Source: Cyanidioschyzon merolae (lineage: Eukaryota). Taken from it: a stretch of DNA of 64,000 bases. The DNA is taken from NCBI GenBank assembly GCA_000091205.1, contig AP006492.2; one strand, written 5' to 3'. The notes beneath the pieces were generated by a model that was not told where the DNA came from, did no database searches, and saw only the letters and a program-made list of their open reading frames with translations. Shown piece by piece: positions 10,446 to 20,249 of this stretch. Each line of letters starts with the position of its first letter. Position 1 is the stretch's first letter. The position numbers and the translations under genes were made by a program.

Positions 10446-11876
10446 ATGCGTAAAATGCTCGACACGATGTTGAAGAACGCTCCCGAGCGTCCCGCGGCCT
10501 CCGATATCCGCATCCCCGGTGAGCCAGGAGGCACCGGCACCAGCCGCGCGCGCGCACATGCACCCCGAATCCGCGCCCCTGAGCATGGCTCGCTGTCGAC
10601 GAGCGGGCCTCTTCCTTCCAGTGCCTTGGCAAAGCTGGGTTTCTCAACGAAGGTTTCCGGGTTGCGGGCGCTTGTGCTGCGCGCTGTCGCAGGCAGAGGC
10701 GGGCCCGGGTGCGTTTCGTTTGCTCGGGCGCGCTTTCGCCGTGTAGGTCCGCCGGACGGTGGCACCGGTGGCGACGGCGGGAACGTCATCGTTCAGGTCA
10801 GTGCGTCCGTGAGCTGCTTGCCTTCTCATCGGCACGTGGTCGTCGTGCGTGCAGAGAATGGTGCTCCAGGCCAACGCTGGGAACGGAGTGGACGTCGCGG
10901 CAAGGACGTGCGCTTCGTGGTGCCTCCAGGCACCTGGCTGCGCTGGCTGCGTGATCCAAGCACCATCGACAGTAGTCGCCCGCATGTGTTTCTGAATCTG
11001 AACGATACCGAGGATGACCAGCGCATGAACGACGCGGTACAAGCTCTTTCGGCCTTGGAGCCGTCTTGCTTTGCGCGAAACGATGCGTCTGATTCTGTTA
11101 AATTTGATGTGGACGACGGAGCGGCAACGTCGGCGTCCTCGGATTTCCCGGCGTCCGTCAAGTCCGCACCCGCCCATGTTTTGGTGAAGAGCAGCGTTGT
11201 TGCTGCCGCAGGCGGTAAGGGAGGACACGGAAACACCTTTTATCAGTCGTCGGTGAATCGCTCACCAAAGCAAGCGCAGGCGGGTCTTGAGGGCGCCGAA
11301 CAGCTCGTGCTGCTCGAGCGGCTCCCAGTCGCTGATATCGCCATCGTCGGTGCCCCGAATGCCGGCAAGTCGAGTTTGTTGGCAACATTGACGCGTGCGC
11401 GGCCTGAGATTGCGCCAACCCCATACACCACGACGGAGCCGATGCTGGGCGTACTCGAAGATCACCAGACCTGGATGCGGTCGATCCTGGTGGAGATTCC
11501 CTCCAAGACCCTGGAAGACGCCCAGCAAAGCCCGGAACTTGTGTGGCACTTATTTCGCGCGTGCCGTCATGTGGTTGCAGTGGTCGACCACCAGCGTACC
11601 GCGGGCAATACGCGACTGCTGCGGGAGCAGGTTCGTGCTCTGCAACGCATGGTCGCACCTCGAGTCCTCGCTGGTTGCGTCGTGCGTTCGCATTTGCTCC
11701 AGGGCCAGCCACAAAAGGACCAAGCGATGCCGCAACACATGGAAGGCGTGGCGTTGCTTACGCGTTTAGCGGATGTGCGCCAGGCTTTACTCAAACTAAC
11801 CACAGAGCCACCCTGGGTGCTTCACACGGACAATGAACAGGGAACGCGGCATTCGCAACGGATGCTTGGGCGTTGA
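10446..11876 (+). CDS. Obg/CgtA-family GTPase-like protein (Obg glycine-rich N-domain + P-loop); probably organellar
   Basis: ATG at 10446. 'FRRVGPPDGGTGGDGGNVIVQV..RAENGAPGQRWERSGRRGKDVRFVVPPGTW' = Obg fold; G1 'IVGAPNAGKSSLLATL', G2 Thr 'YTTTEPMLGV'. Canonical G3 DxxG and G4 NKxD not evident. Confidence 0.55.
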   Translation: MRKMLDTMLKNAPERPAASDIRIPGEPGGTGTSRARAHAPRIRAPEHGSLSTSGPLPSSALAKLGFSTKVSGLRALVLRAVAGRGGPGCVSFARARFRRVGPPDGGTGGDGGNVIVQVSASVSCLPSHRHVVVVRAENGAPGQRWERSGRRGKDVRFVVPPGTWLRWLRDPSTIDSSRPHVFLNLNDTEDDQRMNDAVQALSALEPSCFARNDASDSVKFDVDDGAATSASSDFPASVKSAPAHVLVKSSVVAAAGGKGGHGNTFYQSSVNRSPKQAQAGLEGAEQLVLLERLPVADIAIVGAPNAGKSSLLATLTRARPEIAPTPYTTTEPMLGVLEDHQTWMRSILVEIPSKTLEDAQQSPELVWHLFRACRHVVAVVDHQRTAGNTRLLREQVRALQRMVAPRVLAGCVVRSHLLQGQPQKDQAMPQHMEGVALLTRLADVRQALLKLTTEPPWVLHTDNEQGTRHSQRMLGR

Positions 11877-11900
11877 CCACGAGGCGAAAGCGCCGACCGT

Positions 11901-13073
11901 TTAGCCGCTCTGTGGTGTACGCAGGTCAAACTCAAAGTATGCGCTACATAGCTCGGTGATAGTATCGTTGAGCCGTCTAAAATCCTCTTGCCGTTCCAGC
12001 GCATGATCGCCATGCTTCACGAGAGTGACGGTGACGTCACGGGAGCGCAGCAGCTGGGCGAGCAGAATTGAGCGCTCCGCTGGTACTTCTTCATCATTTA
12101 AGCCGTGGATGAGGCGAACTGGAACGTCGATGGGTAGCGACCCGGGTTCGCCGCGCAGGAGAAGATGCGAACGAGCGTCCTCGACGAGCGCGCGTGAGAT
12201 GGGATACTCCTCGAAACCGTGTTTCCACATGATACTGCCTTTTTCCACGACCTGCCGCTGTTGCTCTGGCGTCATTCGCGGCCAGACCAGGTCTTCGGTA
12301 AAGTCCGGATCCGCTGCTAGCCCAATGATGCCGCTGATGCGCTCCGGACGTCTCATGGCGAGCAGCAGCGCAATCCAGCCGCCGATACCTTCGCCAACCA
12401 ACAGCACTCGACCGCAAGCGCCGAGCACCTTCTCCAGCAGCGCCTCCGCGTGCGAGGTCCATAAAGACAAGGTTCCGATCTCAGTGAAGACTCCAGAGGA
12501 TCGGCCGGTACCGGCGTAGTCGGCACAGAACATGCCCTGCCCGGTCTGACGGCAGAACACCTCCAGTTCAGACGCTTTCGAGTGCATGCGCGATTTCGCT
12601 AAACCCGGCAGGAAGAACACAAACGGACGCACCGTACCCAATTGAAAGTCATAGTATATTGAAAAACCCTCAATGTCCACCACTTTGTTCCGTCCAGCCA
12701 CTGGCGTCAACCGCTTCAGCGCCGACGTAGGCAGCGTCGTCGTCGCCCGCAGGCCACCGAGGTGAACGCTGGGCTTCCGCACGCGACGCGTTTCCGCCCC
12801 GAGTCCTGGTCTAGGGCTCACACTTTCGCATCTAGACTCGTGACAACTACGAAACGTGGAATTGAACCCTTTGAAAGGAACACTGAGGAACGCCATACCA
12901 AACGCTATCGCAACTGCGGAACAAGTACACTGCACGCAACGTGCATGCATGCGTGTGCCTGCGTTCATGCGGGACGCGAGATGTCGATCGCTTCTGCGCG
13001 CTGCGTGTGTTCTCAGGCGTGCGTCCCGCGGGCATCTGGCGCAGGGCGCGGTGTCCGTGCGCTGGCGCGCCAA
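11901..13073 (-). CDS. Alpha/beta-hydrolase fold protein (ABHD-like); N-terminus probably over-extended or a targeting peptide
   Basis: 'VFFLPGLAKS..LLVGEGIGGWIALLLAM..HGLNDEEVP..KHGDHAL' matches a/b-hydrolase topology (nucleophile elbow, acid, His); elbow reads GEGIG rather than GxSxG. Confidence 0.5.
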   Translation of the reverse strand: MARQRTDTAPCARCPRDARLRTHAARRSDRHLASRMNAGTRMHARCVQCTCSAVAIAFGMAFLSVPFKGFNSTFRSCHESRCESVSPRPGLGAETRRVRKPSVHLGGLRATTTLPTSALKRLTPVAGRNKVVDIEGFSIYYDFQLGTVRPFVFFLPGLAKSRMHSKASELEVFCRQTGQGMFCADYAGTGRSSGVFTEIGTLSLWTSHAEALLEKVLGACGRVLLVGEGIGGWIALLLAMRRPERISGIIGLAADPDFTEDLVWPRMTPEQQRQVVEKGSIMWKHGFEEYPISRALVEDARSHLLLRGEPGSLPIDVPVRLIHGLNDEEVPAERSILLAQLLRSRDVTVTLVKHGDHALERQEDFRRLNDTITELCSAYFEFDLRTPQSG

Positions 13074-13229
13074 TCGCCAAGCCCTGTATGCCCAGCGACA
13101 CGCTGATCGATGCTCTTGTCATCAACAGAGCGACTATAGAAAAGACCGGGGATATGCGATTTCATGCCTGGTATCAGCAAATGGAAAAGCGTTCATCGAT
13201 CCAGAGCCTATATCCGAGTCCCATGTACG

Positions 13230-13700
13230 CGTCAATCAATCGCCGGCTTCGCGTACCGCGTTGCACCCGAGCGCTAGCATCTTGCGTGCGTTGGGGTGCG
13301 CGCGCCGGCACGCACCTCTCGATGCGTGCCGGCGCATTCGGGCGGGCGATGCTGCGAGTAACGCCTCTGCTGCTGCCGAGCATGCAACAGGCGATGCGTC
13401 CTCGAGCCGACGCCCTCTGTATGGTACGGCAACGCCGTTCTGTCTCCGTGCAGGGACCGCACCGGCGCTATAGGCGCTATTGCGGTCGCCGCTTTCGGCA
13501 GGCACTAGGCACACACGATAGGACGTATGAGATGACCAGAATATCCGAGATGAAGGATAGGTAATGTAACGTGGGAGTAGGGGATTCGGTGGATACTTGA
13601 CCGCGCACTGAAAAAATAACACAAAAAAGTAGGAATAGAAAAATACGCATTATCGGAGAACGCTGGCCTAAGTAAACGTTTTGTCAATGAAAGAAAAACT
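13230..13700 (+). repeat. Solo copy R3 of the H+T repeat family (5' part diverged or truncated)
   Basis: 13395-13700 aligns with R1 3735-4035 ('cctcgagccgacgccctctgt..agaatatccgagat..ggtaatgtaac..cactgaaaaaataacacaaaaaagtagg..atcggagaacgctggcc..gttttgtcaatgaaag'); weaker match back to ~13230. Confidence 0.5.
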
Positions 13701-14761
13701 GGCAACACGTATGATGCAGAATGACACGGTGGGCGTGCTTGCCCCGATGGTATCTCGCGTTTGGCGTCGAGCCCTGGCGTGCGTCTGTGCGTGCCACGCG
13801 CGTCACGTAAGCGATACATGATGCTGGTGTGTGCCTCTGCCCACGGGACGCTCCCGTGTCGAACGGCGGGCCGCCTTCACGAAGCGTCTGCGCGGAGCCA
13901 ACACCCAGGTGCCTCCAGAAGGGTACGCAGAGACCAGTTGACCTGAGGCAGCGCTTGCGCCAGTACGGACGCGTTTCTGGTGCATGACCGCAGCGCTACC
14001 CCTATCGGATACTTGTCGTTGGTGTTGGTCGGCACAGCGAGCCGTACGAGTGTGCGTTCCGGCGCCTGTCGCGCTCAAGAGAACCCTGTATGGATAGCGC
14101 CAAGCGTGCGATACCCGGTTCCGAGGCCAGCTTCCATGACGCCGTATAGCCGTCCCGCCTCTCCGTCAGGCAACAGCAGCAGCGCACCCGGCTGCACAAC
14201 AAGTATCTACGATAGGCTCTGCATTCGTGAGGTCGATGGATCGCTCGAACCCCTATATCCCAGATAATGCCTTTTCCATACGTCGTGCTGTACATCCATC
14301 TATGGACAAGAAGTGTACTCGATTCCGCACCTGCCTGCGGAAAGCGCCGCCAGCACCAGCAGCTCGCGCGCCCTTGTTATCATGGTGAAAGTTCAATGAA
14401 ACGTTCCACGGCATCCGCCAAGCAAAGTCGTTCTCAGCATGACGCAAGACGTGCACCAAGCTGCACCAGCAAAAATTACCGCTCATGCTTGCCTGTGGAC
14501 GTCTCATCTTGGTGTCGCGCTGGATCATGATACCGGTTACCTGGCGCGCGAGATGCGCCAGTGCCACACAGCGGCGCGCGTGTGGCCAGCACGACGCCCC
14601 GCTCCGCCTCCCTGCCCTGAACGTATCGTGTGTCGAGGGGCAGGCATCGCTGCGTACTAGCACTGGTACCAGGTGCGAGCAGTCCGGTGTGACTTCGCTT
14701 TCCAGGCGTACGGGTGTTGTGTCTGTGACGATACGCACGGTGGTTTGCAAAAAATCGCAAA

Positions 14762-17700
14762 ATGGGACTGGTCTCTTTTCGGCAGCGGTCGTACCGCTGG
14801 TTTGACCGTTTCTCGGTGATGCTGACGCGGAACCTACGTCTCGTGTACCGCGACACCTTTGCGCTCGTGCTGGTGTTGCTCGTTCCGTTCCTCTTCACGT
14901 TCTTTGTCTTTATCGCGCACTTGTCGTACAATGACGATGCGATTTTCTCTCGAACGACGGGGCCGAAACCGGACCCGCCGGCAATTCCTTTATCCAGCTA
15001 CGTGGAGCCGTGTCGTGCAGTTGTCAGTGATCGTTGCTACAACTTTGCGGTGGTTCCTGGCTCCAACAGCACCGTGGTCGGCTGGGTACAGGAGGTCTCC
15101 AGGCGCCTTGGGCTGTCCACCGCAGTGAACGAGTCGGGAGGTATCATTACATTCGAAACCTCTGATGCGTTGAACGAGTTCATGGTTGCCAACCCGAACG
15201 TGACCCAGGCTGCGTACGTGTTCGAGCCCGAGCAGCTGCGCGCTATCGACGCTGGACGCATTAGTTTCACGGTTCAGTACAACCAGTCTTGCCAACAGAC
15301 GTTTCCTGGTTTTATTTGTAGATACCAGGAGGTGTATTTGGTCCCTGGAATGATTGCGGCGATGAACGACGTCCTGCTGGGGACCAGGCTGAACCTGAGC
15401 AGCGCCTTCATGCCGCATCCGAAACTGCAGTCTGCATTGGACGCTTTTGAAGAATTCGGTCCCTTTATGATGTTTGGATCGCTGGTTATTGTTTTTGTTT
15501 ATTATCTGATGGTCTTGGTGGGTGAGAAAGAGTTGAAACTGCGAGAGGCGTTGAAAATGATCGGTTTGTCGCAGTCGCTGTACTTTCTGAGCGAGGGCGT
15601 TGTTTTCATCCTCGTTTCGACGCTATCAGTATTTCTGCTGTATGCGTTCGGAGCCCTTTTCCAATTTCAGTTCTATCTTAAGAACGCCTTTGGATGCGTG
15701 TTTTTCACGTACTGGATTTTCTCTCTGAGTTTGATATGCTGGGCGTTTTTCTTCCACGTTTTCCTAACCCGATCGAATCAGGTTTCATCGGCTGCGTTCG
15801 TTTTCTTCATCCTGAGTTACCTGTTGGGGTCCTCCGGCGCCTACCTCTACTACGACAAACCCTCGGGAGGTCCATTCGTATCGAGGTCGCTTCTATTTCT
15901 GCGATATGTATTCGCGCTTTTGAGCCCAGTGATGTTTTACAAATGCGTTACCGACCTGAGTATTTACTCGGCTGTGTTCACTGGTCTAAGATGGAGCGAT
16001 CGCGCCAGCTACACGAACTTGTGGCCGCTGACGCAGTGCTGGAGCTGGATGATCTGGACGGGCATCGTCGTTCTGGTGCTCGCCATCTACCTCGACAACG
16101 TGCTTCCGAACGTCTATGGTGTCAGCCTGCCCTGGTGGTACCCGTTCTCTGCTGCCTACTGGCGAGGAGACGCACTGCATCTCCAGCAGCAAAAGCGAAA
16201 AGCATGGCGCCTTTTCCGCCGCCACCGCCGCCAGCGTAGCCAAACAGACACCACCGGCGATGCAGACGACGCGGAAGCGGACGAGGCAGTCAGCGCTGCG
16301 ATCGCAGCGCTCACTGCCCAGCAGCGACATGTGGACGCTGACGACGCGGTCAACGGCAAGGAGGGATACGAGCCGAAAGACGCTGCTGCGGCCGCTGCAC
16401 TGACGAAGTCGTGGGCGGCCTCTGCGCTCGAACACAATGGTGACATGCCCGCTATCGACGCCAGCGATCACGAGGGTATCATTGTGGCTCCGGAAACAGA
16501 CGCCAAGGCAGCGTCAGCGCCGTTGATATTGGCATCATCATCATCATCACCAATGTCGTCGTCGACGGAGTTGGAGTCTGCCAGGGAGCCCGATACGACG
16601 GCGTCGTTCCTGGAACGGCTCCAGTCCATGGTGGAGGTCGCACGCGAGCCTTCACATCGTCACAGCGATGACACGCCAGAAGCGAAGACGGCGGACGCAG
16701 CAGTCGACGCAGACGTGGCAGCGGAGCGCGAGGCCGTTCTCAGCGGTAGAGGGCTCTCGCCGGCGAGCGCTCTGGTGATCCGCCGTCTCACGAAGCATTT
16801 CCGCAAGCAGCTTGCCGTCGACGATCTGTGTTTGTCGGCCGACCATGGAGCACTGACCTGTCTTCTGGGTCCGAATGGAAGCGGGAAGACAACCACCTTT
16901 AATATGCTCACCGGTGTGTTTCGTCCTACCGCTGGAGACGCCTGGGTCTACGGTTACTCGATCACGCAGGAACAGCAGCTGTTACGCCCACTCATGGGGG
17001 TGTGTCCGCAGCACGATATTCAGTGGGCGAATCTCACGGCCGCTGAACATGTGTACTTGTTTGCGACGTTGAAAGGCATCCCCCGATCGAAGCGGCACGA
17101 TGAAGTGAGCCGACGTCTCGAGCAGGTGGATCTGCTGCGTGTTAGCCACAAGTACCCGCGTCAGATGTCCGGTGGCATGCGGCGGCGGCTCTCGGTGGCC
17201 ATGGCCCTGGTCGGAGATCCGCTCATTGTCTACCTCGATGAACCGACGACAGGCATGGACCCGAGCATGCGGAGAGCAGTCTGGAACATGATTGCCGCTG
17301 CGAAACCAGGTCGAACAATCGTGCACACGACGCATTCTATGGAGGAGGCTGACGTGCTGGGTGACCGCATCGCGATCATGTATCGCGGGCGACTGTCGGT
17401 ACTCGGAACACCGCTTCGTCTGAAACACAAGTTTGGTACCGGGTATCGACTGAGCGTCACAGTGCAGGCAACGCAGAGCGAGGCTTTGCACGATCGCCTG
17501 CGGGCGCTCTACCCACGAGTCAAGCGCCTGAGCATCAGCACGCTCGCAGACCAGCGGTATGTGCTGTGTGAATACGAGCTGGTGCCGCTGGAGTCCACGA
17601 ATCTCTTCCGCACCAGTGATGGCGGTGGCACGAACCAGTATCGCTCAGTGCAAGCGCAGCGACGCCTCTTCCAAGAGATGGAGAACAATGCCAGCGGCTG

Positions 17701-17929
17701 GGGAATTGCCGACTTTTCGGTGAGTGGCACCTCCCTCGAGAGCGTGTTTATTCGTGTATTTGAGCTTAACGAGCAGCTTCAGCATACGGCGGAAGCGAGC
17801 GCTAGGGCGGCAGCCGCTGAACCTAAGCGGCGGACCTGGCCTTGGCTGCGTTGGCCTTGGGTCAAATCTCGTCGAGGCGAGCTCCAGTCGCAGCCGATGC
17901 AAACCGCAGAGACGGAGACTCGTCGCTAG
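14762..17929 (+). CDS. ABC transporter, subfamily A half-transporter (one TMD with large loop after TM1 + one NBD)
   Basis: ATG at 14762. TM1 'LVLVLLVPFLFTFFVFIA', then ~200-aa loop, then TM cluster; Walker A 'LLGPNGSGKTTTFNMLTG', signature/Walker B 'MSGGMRRRLSVAMALVGDPLIVYLDEPTTGMDP', H-loop 'TTHSMEEA' (ABCA-type). Ser-rich low-complexity insert before the NBD. Confidence 0.85.
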   Translation: MGLVSFRQRSYRWFDRFSVMLTRNLRLVYRDTFALVLVLLVPFLFTFFVFIAHLSYNDDAIFSRTTGPKPDPPAIPLSSYVEPCRAVVSDRCYNFAVVPGSNSTVVGWVQEVSRRLGLSTAVNESGGIITFETSDALNEFMVANPNVTQAAYVFEPEQLRAIDAGRISFTVQYNQSCQQTFPGFICRYQEVYLVPGMIAAMNDVLLGTRLNLSSAFMPHPKLQSALDAFEEFGPFMMFGSLVIVFVYYLMVLVGEKELKLREALKMIGLSQSLYFLSEGVVFILVSTLSVFLLYAFGALFQFQFYLKNAFGCVFFTYWIFSLSLICWAFFFHVFLTRSNQVSSAAFVFFILSYLLGSSGAYLYYDKPSGGPFVSRSLLFLRYVFALLSPVMFYKCVTDLSIYSAVFTGLRWSDRASYTNLWPLTQCWSWMIWTGIVVLVLAIYLDNVLPNVYGVSLPWWYPFSAAYWRGDALHLQQQKRKAWRLFRRHRRQRSQTDTTGDADDAEADEAVSAAIAALTAQQRHVDADDAVNGKEGYEPKDAAAAAALTKSWAASALEHNGDMPAIDASDHEGIIVAPETDAKAASAPLILASSSSSPMSSSTELESAREPDTTASFLERLQSMVEVAREPSHRHSDDTPEAKTADAAVDADVAAEREAVLSGRGLSPASALVIRRLTKHFRKQLAVDDLCLSADHGALTCLLGPNGSGKTTTFNMLTGVFRPTAGDAWVYGYSITQEQQLLRPLMGVCPQHDIQWANLTAAEHVYLFATLKGIPRSKRHDEVSRRLEQVDLLRVSHKYPRQMSGGMRRRLSVAMALVGDPLIVYLDEPTTGMDPSMRRAVWNMIAAAKPGRTIVHTTHSMEEADVLGDRIAIMYRGRLSVLGTPLRLKHKFGTGYRLSVTVQATQSEALHDRLRALYPRVKRLSISTLADQRYVLCEYELVPLESTNLFRTSDGGGTNQYRSVQAQRRLFQEMENNASGWGIADFSVSGTSLESVFIRVFELNEQLQHTAEASARAAAAEPKRRTWPWLRWPWVKSRRGELQSQPMQTAETETRR

Positions 17930-18494
17930 GTAGCGTTTCGCGAACAATTCAGCACGCGACTCCCGCATGATATTGAACCAGCAAGATGTCGCGATACCTG
18001 AACAAGGAACGAGTGCGGGCATTTCCTCAAGCGTTCCGCAGATGGCAAAGGTGAAGCACAACTCGAACGCTCCATGCTGCAGTGTCGGTAACCAGATATC
18101 AAAGTGGCGACGCATGCTTCATGAGCTGGACAAGCGATATCGTCTCAGCTTGACTTGGTGCGTTGGCGTCTGTAAAGATCGGCATATACGGCCAGCAGAG
18201 CTACAGTTTGGACATGACTTTGCTGTTCAGCGACGCAGTCGTCGCAAGCGTCGTCTACCAGTCACGTCGGTGGTCGTAGCACATCGCCGATGCCTAGCTG
18301 TTGCCTCCGCGTTTGGCACTAGGATGTTCGGCGCACTGCAGCAGCGAGAACAGCAGCAGTGCGCGCTGAGGTCTGTCTGCCAAATGGGGAACCCTGCGCG
18401 GTCTGTGCAGCGTGCCGGTCGCAGCAGGTACTGGACTAGACGCCGACGGTACGGCGGTACAGGGTATTTTGCCTATGCTCGAATGCAGCAGGCG

Positions 18495-18545
18495 CTCTTC
18501 CGTATTCACACACAAACACACAGACACACAGACAAACATAGATCA
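18495..18545. repeat. CA-rich microsatellite (cacacacaaacacacagacacacagacaaaca)
   Basis: Read directly in sequence. Confidence 0.6.
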
Positions 18546-19175
18546 ACAAGGAGTGCCCGATGTCGCTGCTCAAGGAACGTGTCGATGACGCCCTATGCAA
18601 ATACACGCGGGTACATTGGACACGATTTCGCGTGCGCCGCTCTTCAAACATACACTCTTGGGAAAAACCTTTTTCACGCAGGCGCCGCTGCTTGGTAACC
18701 TATCGCGCAGCAGTGATCCAGCGTGTCTCGACCTGACACCTTCATTCATGAACCCGCGCTTCATACCAAGCAGCAGAGCATGGAGCCAGAATCTCTGTTA
18801 TCCGACGCTGTCTGCATAGAGGAGTGCTCGCATGCAACCTGCTGGCGCATGTGGATACGCGTTCTTCACAGCTTTCTGCCCTTGGACTAGTCTACGGGCG
18901 TGCGCGCTCACTTTCCCCGAAAGTCGATAGAGCAATCACTCGACGGCACCAAGCGTCGTCATTCTTCGCGGGAAACGTCGTCTTCGCTTCGATGGTTGTC
19001 GACAACAGTCGCGCATCCAGGGGATACTGGTACCATGCATCAGTCGCATGCAATCAGTGAACACACTGAACGAGATACCAGAAACAAAACGAGAGAAACC
19101 AAATTCTAACTAGCGTCTAGATAAGAATGTCGTTCAAACTTCACGGTAAGCATTGACAGGGAGACGTTTTCCGCG

Positions 19176-20020
19176 TATTCGAGTGTTACGCTTCTGGGGG
19201 CAGGAGGCCCCGCGAACCGGACGAGTCTACCGGGCTTGCGCTCCGTGTGCCTCTGCATTGCCGGGCTCAGGAGCAAGACGCAAGGAACTCGTTCGCCACG
19301 CAGTTCATTCTGGGACTAGGAGCGGTTGGGCTGTCTCTGGGCGTCGACCTGGTCACGGAAGTCTCCAAGCATATCGCTCCACGCTGCCGCAAGCTGAAGA
19401 GCTGGCTGCGCAACTCGCACGCTCCCAGCAGGACGAAGAGGCCGGATTCCTTGTTCAATGAACCACGCCTCGAGCCGACACCCCCAGTGGTGTGGCAAAG
19501 CCGTTCTGACTGGGTGCTCCATTCGCACCGGCGGTACAGACGTTACGGTGGGTGCTCACTGGATGCGCTCAGTCCACGACAGATCGTATCGAGCGACCAG
19601 TCCATCCGAGAGCAAGGATCGGAGATGGAACTTGAAGGTACACTGAAGAATAATGGACGCTTTTCTTAATCTCAATATGCATCCCGCAGTCTAGGATCCA
19701 CGCTCCAAGTAAACGTTCTGGATGAACAAACGCAATCCACAAGGGTCGTCTGCGCCGCTGTGCCGCTCCGGGAACGCGGCAGCGATCCATGCAATCGCCC
19801 AGCTCGCTTGCAACGCATGGCGATCGTCCCGGAGGCGCGGCCGGAGCGGCAGCTCAAGGCAACGAAGGGCGAGGCGAGGCAGCGCGGTGCGGCAGGCGCC
19901 ACCGGCGGCGATCGCATCGATCACATGCACCGCGCACTGAAAAACCCCCCAAAAAGAAAGGCAAAATGCGCATCATCGGAGAACGCTGGCCTGAGTGAAC
20001 GTTTTGTCCATGAAAAAGAA
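19176..20020 (+). repeat. Solo copy R4 of the H+T repeat family (longest copy, ~845 bp, extra internal segment)
   Basis: Head 'ggaggccccgcgaaccggacgagtctaccgggc', body 'cacgcctcgagccgacaccc', tail 'cactgaaaaaccccccaaaaagaaaggcaaaatgcgcatcatcggagaacgctggcctgagtgaacgttttgtccatgaaaaag' match R1/R3. Confidence 0.6.
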
Positions 20021-20249
20021 AATCGATCGCATGCGCGCCAGCTGCGCGCACACGCACGTCGCTGCCGGCAGTTCAAAATCATTCGCCGCTGCGCAACGCA
20101 CAACGCGATCCTGGACAGTTGCCGCATTCCCAGGGCGCACGCGCGTGGCGCCCTTCGTGCATCCGACGGTTGCGGAGGTACTGGTGCTGGTACCCGCGAG
20201 CGTGGACATTGCTTTCCACCAAGTGCTGGGTTGGCGACAGGCCCCTTGG

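Noticed and set aside
10644-11712. Long antisense ORFs (194 aa, 184 aa) inside the Obg-like gene; similar antisense ORFs inside the ABCA gene, SAS-6 gene (21485-22039) and coiled-coil gene (38015-38972)
   Set aside because: Expected by chance opposite GC-rich coding sequence; no motifs.
17967-18698. 243-aa ORF between ABCA and repeat R4
   Set aside because: Low-complexity Arg/Cys-rich translation, overlaps a CA microsatellite, no domain. Not called.
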